Positions 12,671 through 26,295 of a stretch of 64,000 bases of DNA are shown one piece after another. The stretch is from positions 40,982,001 through 41,046,000 of the forward strand of contig CM069136.1 of the NCBI GenBank assembly GCA_035221665.1, in the 5' to 3' direction. Source of the DNA: Okamejei kenojei. Its lineage: Eukaryota. The notes beneath the pieces were generated by a model that ran no database searches, was not told the DNA's origin, and saw nothing but the letters and a program-made list of their open reading frames with translations. Within the stretch, counting starts at the first letter, position 1. Every line of letters begins with the position of its first letter. The translations under genes were made by a program, and so were the position numbers.

Positions 12671-14338
12671 TAACTCTCGGGATGTGGGGTCATTTTGGAG
12701 AACACCAGAAATATTATTACAATCTTCCCCCAAATCCAGCCCATCATAACCCTATTGTTTGATCCAAATCTGCCTCAAAAGTCATTGAACCTGGTTTCTT
12801 AAACTGTACCTGCAACATAATCTTAAAATGGGACCATTCTGAAGAGTGACACAGAATGGAGTGAAAGCCATCAGGCCTGCTCACAACACTCTTGTAAAAG
12901 TATTTTAGATGAATGTTAGCTTTAAACAACACTGATGGCAAAGCTTGAGAAGAAAAATTTGACTTGCAGAAAAAGATTAGTTGTTTTTTGACTAAAATCT
13001 TTGGGGCACAGCAGTGAATGTCAAGTAGAATCCAGCTTTGTTACAAGTACATCGGTGGGGCAGAAGCATCTCCTTTGAAGCCTGACTGTGCCACACTTCC
13101 GATTACTTTTAAAATGTCATTCTCCACCTTCAACATTTTGTAAAGTTTGCCCCAATAACTGAACGAGGTTATCAAAATCAATTCACAGAAAATGAAATAA
13201 AGCATTAGAATGGCTTTAATAAATTAAGTAAAAGAGAAAAAAATAAAATATATATATTTTAAATTTCCAATAAGAAAAGGCTTAGGAAAATAGACTACAC
13301 TTAAAAAGTTAATTTTCAGTGCCAGTGTTATAGCCCTGTCTCACGGTGCGAGTTCACCCATGAGTGACCCCGAGTGAAAGACTCGTGGTTGTGTACGAGA
13401 CTCCACGTTTATGATCAAGAGTTTAACCGAGTTCCCACGGTTATGACTAAGTTTGCCGTTTACTTCTAATTTCTGCGATGTCCCGAGTTACCAAGTTCCT
13501 CTCCCGAGTTACTCTTGAGCCAACCGTGAATGAAAGCCTGTTTTAAGTATCAAATAGAGGAGCTGGACAGCACCTCATACATTAAGTATATTCTGATTCA
13601 GTATTGAAAGTTATTCAATTTCAGAACTTAAAAAAACTAGGCAGGATCTCGGCCCCGTACTCATTTGTGCAGCAAGGAGGCGGTGGCGGTGAAGCAACAG
13701 TGTTAAAGAAGACAGCTCCATCCTGCGGCTTTGAGTTAAAGATAGAATTCAGCGCGGCCGCGTCTATTGATATGACCTACAAAGGGAAAATGCGCACCGT
13801 CCAGTGCCAGAGTTAGGCTGGGATCATTCTCTGCTCTCATCTCTCTCTTTCTGTGTGTGCGTTAGCAGGGGAAGAGTGGTCTACCTCGCTGGGGCACAAG
13901 ACCACTGCCGCCTGCCCCTTGCAGCCATCAACTTGTTTGTTCCTTTGGTGCGCCTCATCTGCCCTGCTCCCATCCCAGCGCTGCCCCAGCTCTCTGCCCC
14001 ATTCTCTTGGAAATGTCGCTTCCGCCACTGTAACGAGGAGGGGTCCGGCTGGCTGGCTTGGTGGGTGGGTGGGTGAGCAGGGAGATGGAATGGCTACAAA
14101 CCACCGAATCCATTCTCAAAAGTCAGGCAGGGCCGTGTAGAACTCGCGTTTCTCTCTGCTTCATATACGTGGGAATTCCCTCAGTATGGTCACTCAGCGG
14201 GCAGGCAGCATCTCTGGAGAGAAGGAATGGGTGATGGGATGACGTTTTAAAATTTAAATCATGGGCAAACCATCTTGCCCCAGGCTGCTTTACATTATTT
14301 ATTGTGTTGAGTTGTTTGTGAGGCTGGGACTTCTCTGA

Positions 14339-14575
14339 GGGTCGCCACCTTATAGTGGAGACATATGCGTGTGCCTTAGTTCCTGTAAGCTGGCCTCATG
14401 GCAGGAATGTCGAGGGGGAGGTCCCTGACAAAGCGCGGCCCAAGAAGATGACCTCAGTGGAACTGGCCGAGGATGGTGTTTGGCCGGCGGCTGAGAAGGT
14501 GGAAGAAGGCTGCAGCAGGGAGAGATTCACAACCGTGGTGGAGTCCATATCATTGGACCCGGGACTGTCAGTGAA
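14339..14575 (+). mobile_element. 5' part of an RTE/Vingi-type non-autonomous element
   Basis: gggtcgccaccttatagtgg...gagggggaggtccctgacaaagcgcggccc is homologous to the 5' end of 28691-29101. Confidence 0.65.
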
Positions 14576-14736
14576 TGTTGTTCGAAAAGTGTTACCAATC
14601 TCTTTTGTTGGAGATAATAGAATTACAGAGTCAAACAGTGCAGAACCATCCCTTCACATCCTTTTTACCCATCCGCACTAATCGCATTTGCTCAAATTAG
14701 GTCCTTATCCTTTCCCTGCCTTGTCTATTTAAATAC

Positions 14737-14935
14737 TTTAGAGAATACAGCGCGGAAACAGGCCCTTTAGCCCACCGGGTCTGTGCCGACCAACGATCCC
14801 TGCACATTAACACCATCCTACCCACACTAGGGACAACTTTTACAAGCCAATTAACCTGCAAACCTGAACATCTTTGGAGTGTGGGAGGATGCCGAAGATC
14901 TCGGAGAAAACCCACGCAGGTCACGGGGAGACATA
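14737..14935 (-). mobile_element. HE1-type V-SINE, 5'-truncated
   Basis: Reverse complement of the V-core (cctgcgtgggttttctccgagatcttcgg...ctccaaaga) plus CR1-derived tail. Confidence 0.8.
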
Positions 14936-16035
14936 CACACAAAGTCATTCACATCAACATCCTTTTTGTTTTGATGCTCGTTTATTGAGCTGATGAAACT
15001 GCAATGTTACAGTTCAATCCCAATCACTGGAAGCACAGAACACATTGTGAGTTTTCCAAACCTTGGTGTAACAAACAATGTGAAATCAAGAGGGTAATAC
15101 AGAGAGAGACTGTAATAATTCCAATCAGCACAATCTAAATCAAGACAGGATCAGCCTCTACACAGGGACTTTCCCACAGTCCGTGTCTGCCCATCACCAC
15201 CACCCCCGTGCCCCTGACGCTTTCTTGTCTACATGTGTGTCAGAGAGATGGCACCAAATGCCCTGGACTGCTGCACCTGTACTGCTGCACCTTTCAACTG
15301 GGATGCCCAACTGTTCCCGGATTTGAGGAAGGGCTCCAACAGAATGGACGAGGAGGGGAGTCAGGTTAAAGAGGGCGGATTTGTCTGTTCTGAGCAGTCC
15401 CTGGGCTTCAGTCAAGGGTCAGTGTGTGGGGCAGTGCCCTGGAGTTTACATCCTTTAGACATCCACCATGGTTCCCCACTCCCCGTCCCTCTCTCAATGT
15501 GTGACGGAGAATGGCCAAGAATATCACTGATTTCGCATCCAATCCTGTAAAATGTGAAGAGTTAAGAGTGTCATATGTCAGTTTAAAGTTGCAGCTTTAC
15601 CATCTGAGATAGAGCACAAAGACGCAGCAGAAATTTGGAAACGTCATCCCGTCACCCATTCCTTCTCTCCAGAGATGCTGCCTGCCTGCTGAGTTAAAGA
15701 GTGCCCACGGTTGACTCACGAGTCACTAAGGTAAACGCACGGGCCACTACGTTATTACAACAAGTTTAAATGTTTTAATTTTTAACTTGAACATTAAATT
15801 TGACTCGTGGAAAACCTCAAACATGTTTGAATTTTTTCAAGAGTTAACAAGTTTCACGGGTACCTGCCGTTATCGCCACAAGTTGCTAAGTTGCGCGTGC
15901 GACTTCCAACGTTCCCGCTACGTTAATTGCATGTGATTACCGCGAGTGAAAACTCGGGATTACTCGTCGGTCGACTCGCACCGTGAGACAGGGGTTTAAT
16001 TTAACAATGCATGAGACAGACCGAGTCATTAAATA

Positions 16036-16171
16036 GGTGATGTTTCGGGTCGAGACCTTCAAGGGTCTCGACCTGAAACGTCACCTATTCCTTCACTCCA
16101 TAGATACTGCCTCACACAGCATTCTTGTCTACCTTCGATTTTTCCAGCATCTGCAGTTCTTTCTTAAACAT
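16036..16171 (+). mobile_element. Penelope-derived fold-back element
   Basis: ggtgatgtttcgggtcgagacc-ttcaag-ggtctcgacctgaaacgtcacc hairpin; flanked by direct repeat gagtc(a/g)ttaaata at 16023-16035 and 16172-16184. Confidence 0.8.
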
Positions 16172-17865
16172 GAGTCGTTAAATAAGTTATTTTTCTGGTG
16201 AATTTAATTCAATGAGACAAAATGTGATAATTTAAAACACCTGGATGCCATATTGAAATCTTGATACAAAGTCTGGCAGACCGAAATAAGTCATAGCATT
16301 AAATGTACTCATTTTGTTCCAAAAATATACCAAAACAGGGAATCTAATATTAACCACGGCATGGAAGGAAATCATAATAAATGTGGAAGTGCATTCTAAC
16401 ATCCAATGTTAGTAAAAAAGTCAATAAATCTTTAAAATGGTCAAAATACTCATGTGCCATAAAAAGACCATCCGTTGTTCAAAAACTATTTAATGCAAGT
16501 GTGTGGTTGAAATACATTTAATCTGAATTAATATATATAACACAATGCAAAATAGAAACAAGAGGGCTTTGTCATTTATTAGAATTACAATACTACAATT
16601 ACTAGTTTTTGATCCATAAAACCAATCATACATTACACAATTTTTACTTGAGCACATACAAAATTCTCTATAAGATGAAATCATCGGCAGAGCATATTTT
16701 TGGGGGCTTCCTGAAATGATTGGTCAAAGTGCTCAATAACAAGGTTAAATATATTTAAAATGAAACTTCATAATTGTATTTTTAATAATTTATATATTTT
16801 TAAAAACCAAGAAACTTAAATTATATTTTAATTCCTACAGTCCCCCAAATGACCCTTGGACATTTTTGCAACATTTCTCATAGTAGTGCCCCACAAGTTA
16901 AACTGAGGGAGATCCAAGGCAACACTGAATGCAGGCAACACTGAATGCAGGCAACCCTGCCATCAAAACAGGAATAAACATAATTTGAAACAAACATATT
17001 GTTCACTCTTGAAAGTCATGCATAAATATTGAAGGTTTTTTATTAAATACAAGAGGACCAATATTTTTTAGACAATTTAAAAAAAAAACCGATATTTTAG
17101 GATGATGAAGTATTTTAAATAGGTCTTGCACTACATACCCAACCTACTGTCGTGACTAGACATAACCTAAAGCAATTTCCCATGAATATTCAAAATATCT
17201 CTTCATACGTACCAATCTGCTGATATTTACATTAATTGTCCATACTTATTCTCTTTGTTATACTCAAGTAATTTTCCCACGCATGTGTTTTTAGTTAGCA
17301 TTAAAAAAAAGAAAATCAAATATTAAAATCCCTATGGAACAGAAAGCTTTCAACAGAATCTGAAGATCATAAATATTTTACTTCAGCCTCTTGACAATTC
17401 TCAATGCAATAGGATCAGTCACATACTGCACAACTTTCAGAAGTCTAGCATAAAACGTATTATAATTCATCTCGAGGAAACTGTTCTGCTTAAACTGAAA
17501 TAACCCCGCACTAAAATCATGAACTCATTGTAGTACTACATGCTGCCTTTATTCAATTTAAAACATGAACAAAATGAGTCTGAAGAAGGGTCTCAATCCA
17601 AAACGTCATCCATTCCTTCTCTCCAGAGATGCTGACCGTCCCGTTGAGTTACTCCATCATTTTGTGTCTATCATACAACAATGCAGGGTTTAACAAATCA
17701 GCTCTCCAGAGGTTCTGTAAGTATATCAGAATCAGGAACATCAGGACACAATCAGGAAAAAGAAAAAATCATTTTGGTCAAATTTGCTGCATCACATACT
17801 CTGGATGCTATTCCCGAAGAACAGATCCGGAATCTGGTTTTAATTCATTAGGTTTAACTAACTAA

Positions 17866-18135
17866 AAGCCCTGTCCCACGGGGCATTCCAAGAGCTCACC
17901 CGAGTTTGCCCTGATTCGAACTCGGAGATTTACGGTAATGGCCACTCGTCGGTACTTGGCTTACCTGCCGTTAGCGAGTCTTCCCGAGTACCTACCGTTA
18001 GCGTTACGAGCCGCTAGGAGACGTACCCAAGCTCCAACGTACCCGCTACGTTCATTCTCGTTGCTTATCACGAGTTTGATTTTTTTTAAACTAAGGAGAG
18101 CTCTTGGAATGAACTCGTACCGTGGGACAGGGCTA
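17866..18135. mobile_element. Non-autonomous TIR element (Harbinger-like), related to 13331-15996
   Basis: TIR aagccctgtcccacgg / ccgtgggacagggcta; flanks TAA and TTA. Confidence 0.85.
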
Positions 18136-18239
18136 TTAGTGAAACTGCAATTGGAGATTTGTGTTCCATTTTAATCACACTGCTATAATAAAGATATTGC
18201 AATTCTGGAAAGTGTGCAGGGAAGATTCACAAGGTTATT

Positions 18240-19004
18240 ATCTGAATGGTGGCCGATTAGGAAAAGGGGAGATGCAACGAGACCTGGGTGTCATGGTACA
18301 CCAGTCATTGAAAGTAGGCATGCCGGTGCAGCAGGCAGTGAAGAAAGCGAATGGTATGCTAGCATTCATAGCAAAAGGATTTGAGTATAGGAGCAGGGAG
18401 GTTCTACTGCAGTTGTACAGGGTTTTGGTGAGACCACACCTGGAGTATTGCGTACAGTTTTGGTCTCCAAATCTGAGGAAAGACATTCTTGCCATAGAGG
18501 GAGTACAGAGAAGGTTCACCAGACTGATTCCTGGGATGTCAGGACTTTCATACGAAGAAAGACTGGATACTCAGATTATACTCGCTAGAATTTAGAAGAT
18601 TGAGGGGGGGATCTTATAGAAACTTACAAAATTCTTAAGGGGTTGGACAAGCTAGATGCAGGAAGATTGTTCCCGATGTTGGGGAACTCCAGAACAAGGG
18701 GTCACAATTTAAGGGTAAGGCGGAAATCTTTTAGGACCGAGATGAGAAAAACGTTTTTCACACAGAGAGTGGTGAGTTTCTGGAATTATCTGCCATGGAA
18801 GGTAATTGAGGCCAGTTCATTGGCTATATTTAAGAGGGAGTTAGATGTGGCCCTTGTGGCTAAAGGGATCAGGGGGTATGGAGAGAAGGCAGGTACGGGA
18901 TACTGAGATGGATGATCAGCCATGATCATATTGAATTGCAGTGCAGGCTCGAAGGGCCGAACGGCCTACTCCTGAACCTATTTTCTATGTTTCTATGTTT
19001 CTAT
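18240..19004 (+). mobile_element. CR1 (HER1-type) LINE 3' fragment inserted in an older CR1
   Basis: ORF2 C-terminal motifs RDLGV...LVRPHLEYCVQFWSP and FFTQRVV; (TTTCTATG)n tail; gttatt direct repeat on both sides; older CR1 sequence continues either side. Confidence 0.92.
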
Positions 19005-19234
19005 GTTATTGCTGGGACTTGAAGGCCTAAGCTACAGGGAGAGTTGGGATCGCAGGAGACTGAAGGGTGATCTTATATAGGTGTATAAGATCATGAAGGG
19101 AATAGATAGGGTGAACGGACAGTGTTTTACCCAGAGTAGGCTAAATCAAGAACCAGAGGACAGAGATTTGAGATGTAAGAAGAAGAATTAATTGAAACCC
19201 ATGGGGAAACCATTTTCTCCACGCATAGTTCATG

Positions 19235-20180
19235 GTTCAACAACAACAAGCCCTGGTTCACTGCAGAACTCAGACAGCTCCGACGGTCTAAAGAGGAGGC
19301 CTACAGGATCGAGGATGCAGACTTCTACTGGCAGGCTAAGTACAAGCTGAGAAGAGGAATCAGAGCTGCCAAGGAAAGGTACTCTGAGAAGATGAGGAGC
19401 AAGTTCTCAGCTAGTGACTCTTCTTCAGTTTGGTAGGGCTTGCAAGAAATTACCAGCTACAAGAGGAAATCATCTTGAAAATCAGAAATGTAACTCTGGT
19501 ACCCCCTTCCCCCCCCCCCCCCCCCAACCAACACAGCTAGAGCCCAGTCTACACAGAATGGACCCTGCCCCCTCTCCTTCCCATTTACCAGACTTCACAC
19601 CTGACCTCAGCCTGACCTCAGTCAGCAAAGACTGGGCCCTTCTACACCCACCCCCCTCCAATCACCACTTCACACCCAATCACAAACACCCTCTGTGCTG
19701 CACAACATCACTTATCCAATATCAACAATAAAAAGAGGAGGTGGAGAGGCATTTCAGAAGACAAAAAAGCCGGATATCTCCAGGACCTGACAATGTTTTC
19801 CCCTCTACTCTTAAGCTCTGTGTCAAACTGCTGGCACCGGTCTATACAGACATTTTCAACCAGTTCCTGCAAACATGTACTGTCCCTGCCTGCTTCAAAG
19901 TCTCCCCTGTATCCAAAAAGGCAAGGATTACTTGTCTTAATGACTACAGGCCTGTCACACTGACCTCTGTTGTCATGAAGACACTCGAAAGGCATGTGCT
20001 GGCCAAGCTGAAAAATATCACGATCCCTCTGCCGGATCCTATGCAGTTTGCAAATCAGGCCAATAGATCTGTGGATGATGCAGTCAACCTGGGCCTGCAC
20101 TTCATCCTACAGCACCTAGACCGCCAGGGGACCTATGCGAGGATCCTGTTTGTTGATTTTAGCTCTGCATTCAACACCAT
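19235..20180 (+). mobile_element. Rex1/Babar LINE RT fragment
   Basis: KPWFT and CLNDYRPVTLTSVVMK...DPMQFA...ARILFVDFSSAFNTI motifs. Confidence 0.88.
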
Positions 20181-21882
20181 TGGAGGTAACAGATGCACAC
20201 ATGGTTGACAGGACTAGCATTTCCCAAACTTGCAAGTGTATGTTTAATTTCCACATGTTTGGACAATTGTTTGCAGCATGAACAGTAATCCGAAATCGTA
20301 CTTCAGGATTAAAGCAAACAGCACATGTATTAAAATAGACAAAGGTTGTTCTGCCTTTCTTGTTCCTTTTCAGACTTGCCCTGCTCCAGGTCCATTCATA
20401 TGTTATGCTCCAGGAAGTACGAGTCACTGTGATTTAGCTTTTGTGCCAAAAACCACAGCTATGTGCAACTTGTCTATATCAAGTTCAGTCCCATCCATAA
20501 CCATCAGGAGAGCAACCGCATCAAGCCTAAGCAATATGTTAGATGACACAAAATGCTGGAGTAACTCAGCGGGTCAGGATGAGTAAAGGTTCCTGAAGGG
20601 TTCCGACACAAAAACTCACCGATCCATTTTCTCCAGAGATGCTGTCTGACCTGTTGACTTACTCCAGCATTTTGTGTCCATCATTGGTGTAAACCAGCAT
20701 GCAGTTCATTTTTATGACATCGAAGCAATCTGTTATTTACCTGCAATGTTTAGTACTGATTGGGCAGTCAAAGATGAAAAACAATGATGTTCATTAATCT
20801 ACTGCCATGCCCATCATTATCCACACTAATATCTATTGGCAGAAAGGAAGTTGACATCAGCTTAGTCTTCCAAGCATCAGACAATAACTTCCACTAACGT
20901 ACTGTATTCAATTTAATGGCGACTAGGAAAGCAAAGATAGAGAGACATGTTTGGCTCACTGGAGTAGGAGTTGCAGAAATGTTTCAAATGGAAGGTCAAA
21001 TTTGACATTATTGAAATTAAAGTGTATACACTAGTGAATTTGCAGAGGTGGAAAGGTGGGCAAAGGGTAATGTACAACAATACAAAGTTGGTGATCAAAG
21101 TTGGCTCTATTATTAACACAATATAAGCAGTAATTGTGCAAGATAGCAAAATCATAACGTGACTCACCGATGTGTTGGAGTTTATCTCAAAGGTGGGGTT
21201 AAGAGTGATAGGAGGTCAATGAACATAGGGAATTAAGGAATATGTGCTGGTTTTACCAACAACATTGACTTGCTAAAAAGTGAATTAAAAAAAAAATAGA
21301 CTTTAGCAGATCACTGGGCAGAAGAATGAGTAAGAGAATGGCTAAGAGATTGCTGATAATAGGAAACATTCTCCACTGTCTACTATACTTACAGTTTTAG
21401 TGTCATCTGCAAATCTTCTCATATTGTTAATTACATTTTCATCCAAATTATTAATGTATACACCAAACAGCAGTGCGCCCAGCACTTGTGGTCACAAGCA
21501 CCCGATAAGAAGAACCCTCCACAATTCCTCTTCAATTCCTTTCTCCGAGCCAATTTTGAATAGTCGGACATGTGATCTAATCTTCCAGACAAACCTATCA
21601 TGCAGTACCTTTACAAAGGCCTTGCTAAAGTCCATAAAAACAACGTTCACTGCCCTGACCTCATCAATCTTCCTTGTGATCTCTTAAAAAAAATATCTGC
21701 TCTTCTGAAATAGTATTTCCCACATACAAAGTCATGCTGCCTATCCCCAATCCCATGCCTATTCAAATACTGGTAGATCCTGTCTCTAATGATCTCCTCC
21801 GACAATTTACCAACCACTGACTTCTGACTCACCAGCTTGCAATTTCCTGGATTGTCCTTGCTGCCCTTATTAAATAAATCTA

Positions 21883-22440
21883 AATGGTGAAGATGTCACT
21901 ATTTAGAGCATACTGCACACCCCTCTACACTGCACACCTGTGGTTGAATTATTTAAAGACAAATATGCAGAGACTAAAGGTTGCATATAACGATGCCATG
22001 AGAACACTGCTAAGGCAACCAAGAGGGTGTAGTGCCAGTAATATGTTTGTGGCTGCAGGAGTCAGTACTCTAGAAGCTATCCTAAGACAACACATGTATA
22101 AATTCATTTGCAGGATAAATGACTCTAAAAATGAGCTTATTGTGGCCTTGACAAACATAAGGGTTAGCACTACACGCTACGAATCCCAGTTGTGGAGACA
22201 CTGGTATCGTTGTCTCATTGTACGACATTGATCATTTTTTACTCTGGATTTTTAACTTAAGTATTGTGGGGGTTTTTTTTAAATATATAAATTATGATGT
22301 TTTTATGTGATTTACCATGATTTTATATATATTTATGATATTTGAGATGCAATGTATTTTTTTTTAATGTAATGTTGCCCCTTGTCTGGACCTTGAGTCC
22401 GTAATAAAGTTATTAGTATTATTATTATTATTATTATTAT
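21883..22440 (+). mobile_element. RTEX-like LINE 3' fragment, same family as 5782-7029
   Basis: VKMSLFRAYCTPLYTAHLW...WRHWYRCL, aataaa and (att)n tail. Confidence 0.88.
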
Positions 22441-23039
22441 TAAATCACATTAGCCAACCTCCAGAAATCTGAATGTTCACCTGTAGTTAAAGATGATGCA
22501 AATATCTCTGCATGTTCCTCCCTAGCTTCTAGGCGCAAGGGCAGAGGATGCACGTTTTAAGGCCCAGGGAATTAATCCACTTGATTCATTCTCTTTAATA
22601 CCACCAATGTCTCCTCTTTTCGTAATTCCTATATAATATACGACTTCACAACTTCCATTCCTCAATCCTCTCCCTTCCAGGTAAAAATGGATGGATCTTC
22701 ATTTAATATCTCCCCCATCTCTTCTGCATCAACACCAAGACTGCTATGCTGATCTCTAAGGGAACCTTTTCTTTTCCTAGTCATATTTTTCCTTAATTTA
22801 CCTAGAGTTATAGGATTAGCGCCATACAGCACGGAAACAGGACCAACTGGTCCATGTCAACCAAGATCTAATCTAGTTCCATCTGCCTCTGTTTGGCCCA
22901 TATCTCTTTAATCCTTTTCAATCCATGTCCCTGTCCAAATGTGTTTTAAATGCTCTTATAGAACCTGCCCTAACCACCTCCAGCAGCTAGTTCCTTAGAC
23001 CCACCACACTCAAGTAAAAACGTTGCCTCTCGGTTTCCT

Positions 23040-24119
23040 TTTTTTTTTGTTAAATATTTTTATTAGACGTAAGTACATATTAAAAGAAGAATATACTTGT
23101 CACATACATTCTTAATATTATTAATATTAACAATTATGTCTTGTTTGTACTTCTATACATCTTTTAGTTTTTAACGCAGATAGGAAAAAAGAGAGAAATA
23201 AAGTAAAAATAGAAAATATAAAAGATGAGTAAAGTGTTAAACAGGTTATCCATCGTTGGAGATATATCCATGATTTGCTATGTATGATTCTTCATCTATT
23301 CCTTTATTCAGGCTCTCGCACCGAGCCATTTTGACCCTTTAAATATTCAATAAATGGAGACCATATCTCTCTGAAAAGATCCAACTTGTCCAGTAGGACA
23401 AGCCTTAATCTTTCGAGATGAAGTCTCCGACATTCCTGTAATCCACATTTTGGTTGTGGGGGATGTAGGACCTTTCCAGAATTTCAATATTAATTTTTTC
23501 CCAATTATTAAACTGTAATCAATAAAAATTCTTTGATTCGTTGTTATTAATTGATCTGTTTCTAATATTCCCAATATTATTAATTTTGAGTCAGGAATCA
23601 GATTCGTATTAACAACTTTCGAAATTATCTTAAATATTTCTGTCCAAAATTCAGTAATTTTTATACAATTTGTAAATGAGTGTGTTATGTTAGCTTCTAA
23701 GTGCTGACATTTATCACATATGGCAGATACATTTGAAAAAATACTATGTAATTTGGATTTTGAATAATGTGATCTATGTAATATTTTAAATTGCATTTAA
23801 CGAGCAGTGGTGTAGATTTTCATCCCATACTTCTGGTCTAATTATTTGACCTAATTCGTTTTCCCATGATTGCCTATATATTTCTGTCATTGGGACATCA
23901 TTTTCCAATAAAATGTTATAAATATATGATATCAATGTTTCTGTGTTTGGGTGTTTATTTAGACATTCATCTAAAATGTCTGTCTTTCTATTTCTAATTT
24001 CCTGTGTGTTTGCTTTTACATAGTCTCTAATTTGTAAATATCTAAAGTAATCTTTTGAATGTAATCCATAAATGTGTTGTAATTCTTGAAATTAAAGGAA
24101 GGAGTTTTCCCTGTAGAGA
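23040..24119 (-). mobile_element. L1/Tx1-type LINE 3' fragment with poly(A)
   Basis: QFKILHR...CDKC...H..C C-terminal zinc-knuckle region; aataaa plus poly(A); 12-bp target duplication tctcgg(t/g)ttcct at 23028-23039 and 24120-24131. Confidence 0.88.
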
Positions 24120-24639
24120 TCTCGGGTTCCTATCAAATCTTTCCCCCTCACCTTAAACTTGTTTTTTGATTCCCCCAGCATGGGTACCTTTGGAATCTTA
24201 TAGGAAATTCCTTTACCTAGTCTGCCAGCTCCATGTTTGGTCCTCTTTTTGCCCTCCTGATCAATGTTTTAAAGTATACTGTGAATACATACTCACAAAG
24301 GGATTTGCTTGATCTCAATTGCTCCTTTTTCCTGACCAGAGCTTCAACATCTCTCGTCAACCACAATTCACTAAACCTAATAGCCTTGGCCTTTACCGTA
24401 ATGGGAACATGCTGCCCTGCACTTTTGAAAGCCTCCCCACTTGCCAGATGTCTCCTTACCTGCAAACAGATTCTCCCAATCAACCTCTGCAAGTTCCGAC
24501 CTATTGCCTCCAAAATTGGCCTTGCCTTAATCTAGGACCTTAACTTGTGAGCCATTTCTAACTTTCTCCATAACTACTTTCAAAGTAACCGGATTATGGC
24601 CATTGGTCCTAAAGTGCTTCAGTCACTTGACCGCATTAG

Positions 24640-25065
24640 GTCATAAGTGATAGGAGCAGAATTAGGCCATTCGGCCCATCAAGTCAACTCCGCCATTCAA
24701 TCATGGCTGATCTATCTCTCCCCCCTAACCCCATTCTCCCGCCTTCTCATAACCCCTGTGCCAATCAAAAATCTATCTCTGCCTTAAAAATATCCATTGA
24801 CTTGGCCTCCACAGCCTTCTGTGGCCAGGAATTACACAGATTCACCACAATTCCCTCCTCATCTCCTTCCTAAAGGAACGTCCTTTAATTCTGAAGCTAT
24901 GACCTCTTGATCTAGACTCTCCCGCTAGTGGAAACATCCTCACCACATCCACTTTATCCAAGCCTTTCGCTATTGGGTACATTTCAATGAGGTCCCCTCA
25001 TTCTTTTAAACTCCAGCGAGTACAGGCCCAGTGCCGTCAAATGCTCATCATTTGTTAACCCATTC
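24640..25065 (-). mobile_element. CR1 LINE 3' fragment
   Basis: LGLYSLEFKRMRG motif and CR1 3' UTR (ggccattcggcccatc...tcaatcatggctgatc). Confidence 0.85.
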
Positions 25066-25235
25066 ATTCCTATCTCATCCCCAAAGAGGAAATCCAGTGT
25101 GGTGTCATCTCTGGTATAGAACCTATATATATTAAGATAGATTTCTTTGATGCATCTGACAAATTCTACCCCATCCACGTACTTTACATTATGGGAGATC
25201 CAGTCAATATCAGGGAACCATTTCCTTCCTATTTT

Positions 25236-25625
25236 CGATAAGATACGATAGAACTTTATTTATCCCAGGAGGGAAATTGGTCTGCCAACAGTTATAAAAC
25301 ACAACAAGATACATGAAACATAACTTAAAGTGACGAGTGGAAAGTCCATGATTTAGAACGTGCAAAGATTCGGGATGGGGGGTGGGGATTTTGGGGGGGG
25401 GGGGGGGGGGGGGGGTGTTGTTAGGGGAGTCAGTCCACCCCACGACAGAGGGGGGAGTAGTTGTACAGTTTGATAGCCACAGGGGAAAAAGGATCACTTG
25501 TCGCGTTCCGTGCCGCATCTTAGTGGAACAAATCTGTTGCTGAAGGTGCACCTTAGGTTGACCAGTGTGTCATTGAGGGGGGTCAGCTGTATTTTGAGGA
25601 GCATCCACCCCTCCAAGACCATCTC
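25236..25625 (-). mobile_element. LINE 3' fragment (Rex1/Babar-like) with microsatellite tail
   Basis: Minus strand ends ttcctcctgggataaataaagttctatcgtatcttatc. Confidence 0.6.
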
Positions 25626-25879
25626 GTTAATCCAAACACCCCCACATAACCTCACTGGATAATCCCCCAAGAATTACCTCTCCGAGCGCTGTAGTTATGT
25701 CTTACCTAATCAAAAAGGCAACTCTTCCCTCCTTTACCTGCTTTTCTACCTTGCCAATAGCATCTCTATCCTGAAATATTGAGCTGCCAGTCCTACCCTT
25801 CTGTCAGCCATGTTTCTGCTATGGCTATAATATCCCTGTCTTCTGAACCGTACCACAGCCAGAGTTGATTCATCTTTCC

Positions 25880-26295
25880 CGTTTGGCAGCACTGGGCCTC
25901 TGCTTGCTGGAGTCTAGAAGGATGAGAAGGCACCTCATTGAAACTTATCGAATAGTGAAAGGCCTGTATAGAGAGAATGTGGAGAGGATGTTTTCACTAG
26001 TGGGAGAATCTAGGACCAGTCATAGACTCCGAATTAAAGGACATTCCTTTAGGAAAGTGATGAGAAGGGATCTCTTTAATCAGAGGGTGGTGAATCTGTG
26101 GGATTTCTTTCCACAAGAGTGCTGTGGAGACCAAGTCAATTGATATTTTTAAGTCAGAGATAGATTCTTAATTTGTATGGGTGTCAGGGGTTATGAGGAG
26201 TATAAGGATAGGAGGGAGAGATTATTCAGCCATGATTGAATGGCGAAGTAGACTTGATGAGCCGATTGGCCTAATTATGCTCATAACACTTATAA
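25880..26295 (+). mobile_element. CR1 LINE 3' fragment
   Basis: RRMRRHLIETYRIVKG...FNQRVVNLW plus CR1 3' UTR. Confidence 0.85.

Larger units (their letters stand above)
13331..15996. mobile_element. Large non-autonomous TIR element (Harbinger-like) with nested retroposon pieces
   Basis: TIR tagccctgtctcacggtgcgagt / actcgcaccgtgagacaggggtt; flanks TTA and TAA; (c/a)cgag(t) subterminal motifs at both ends. Confidence 0.8.

Noticed and set aside
25392-25415. Long G or C homopolymers (also ~11652, ~19509, ~32992) as G-quadruplex elements
   Set aside because: They are simple runs inside repeats, prone to slippage and sequencing error, with no independent support for function.
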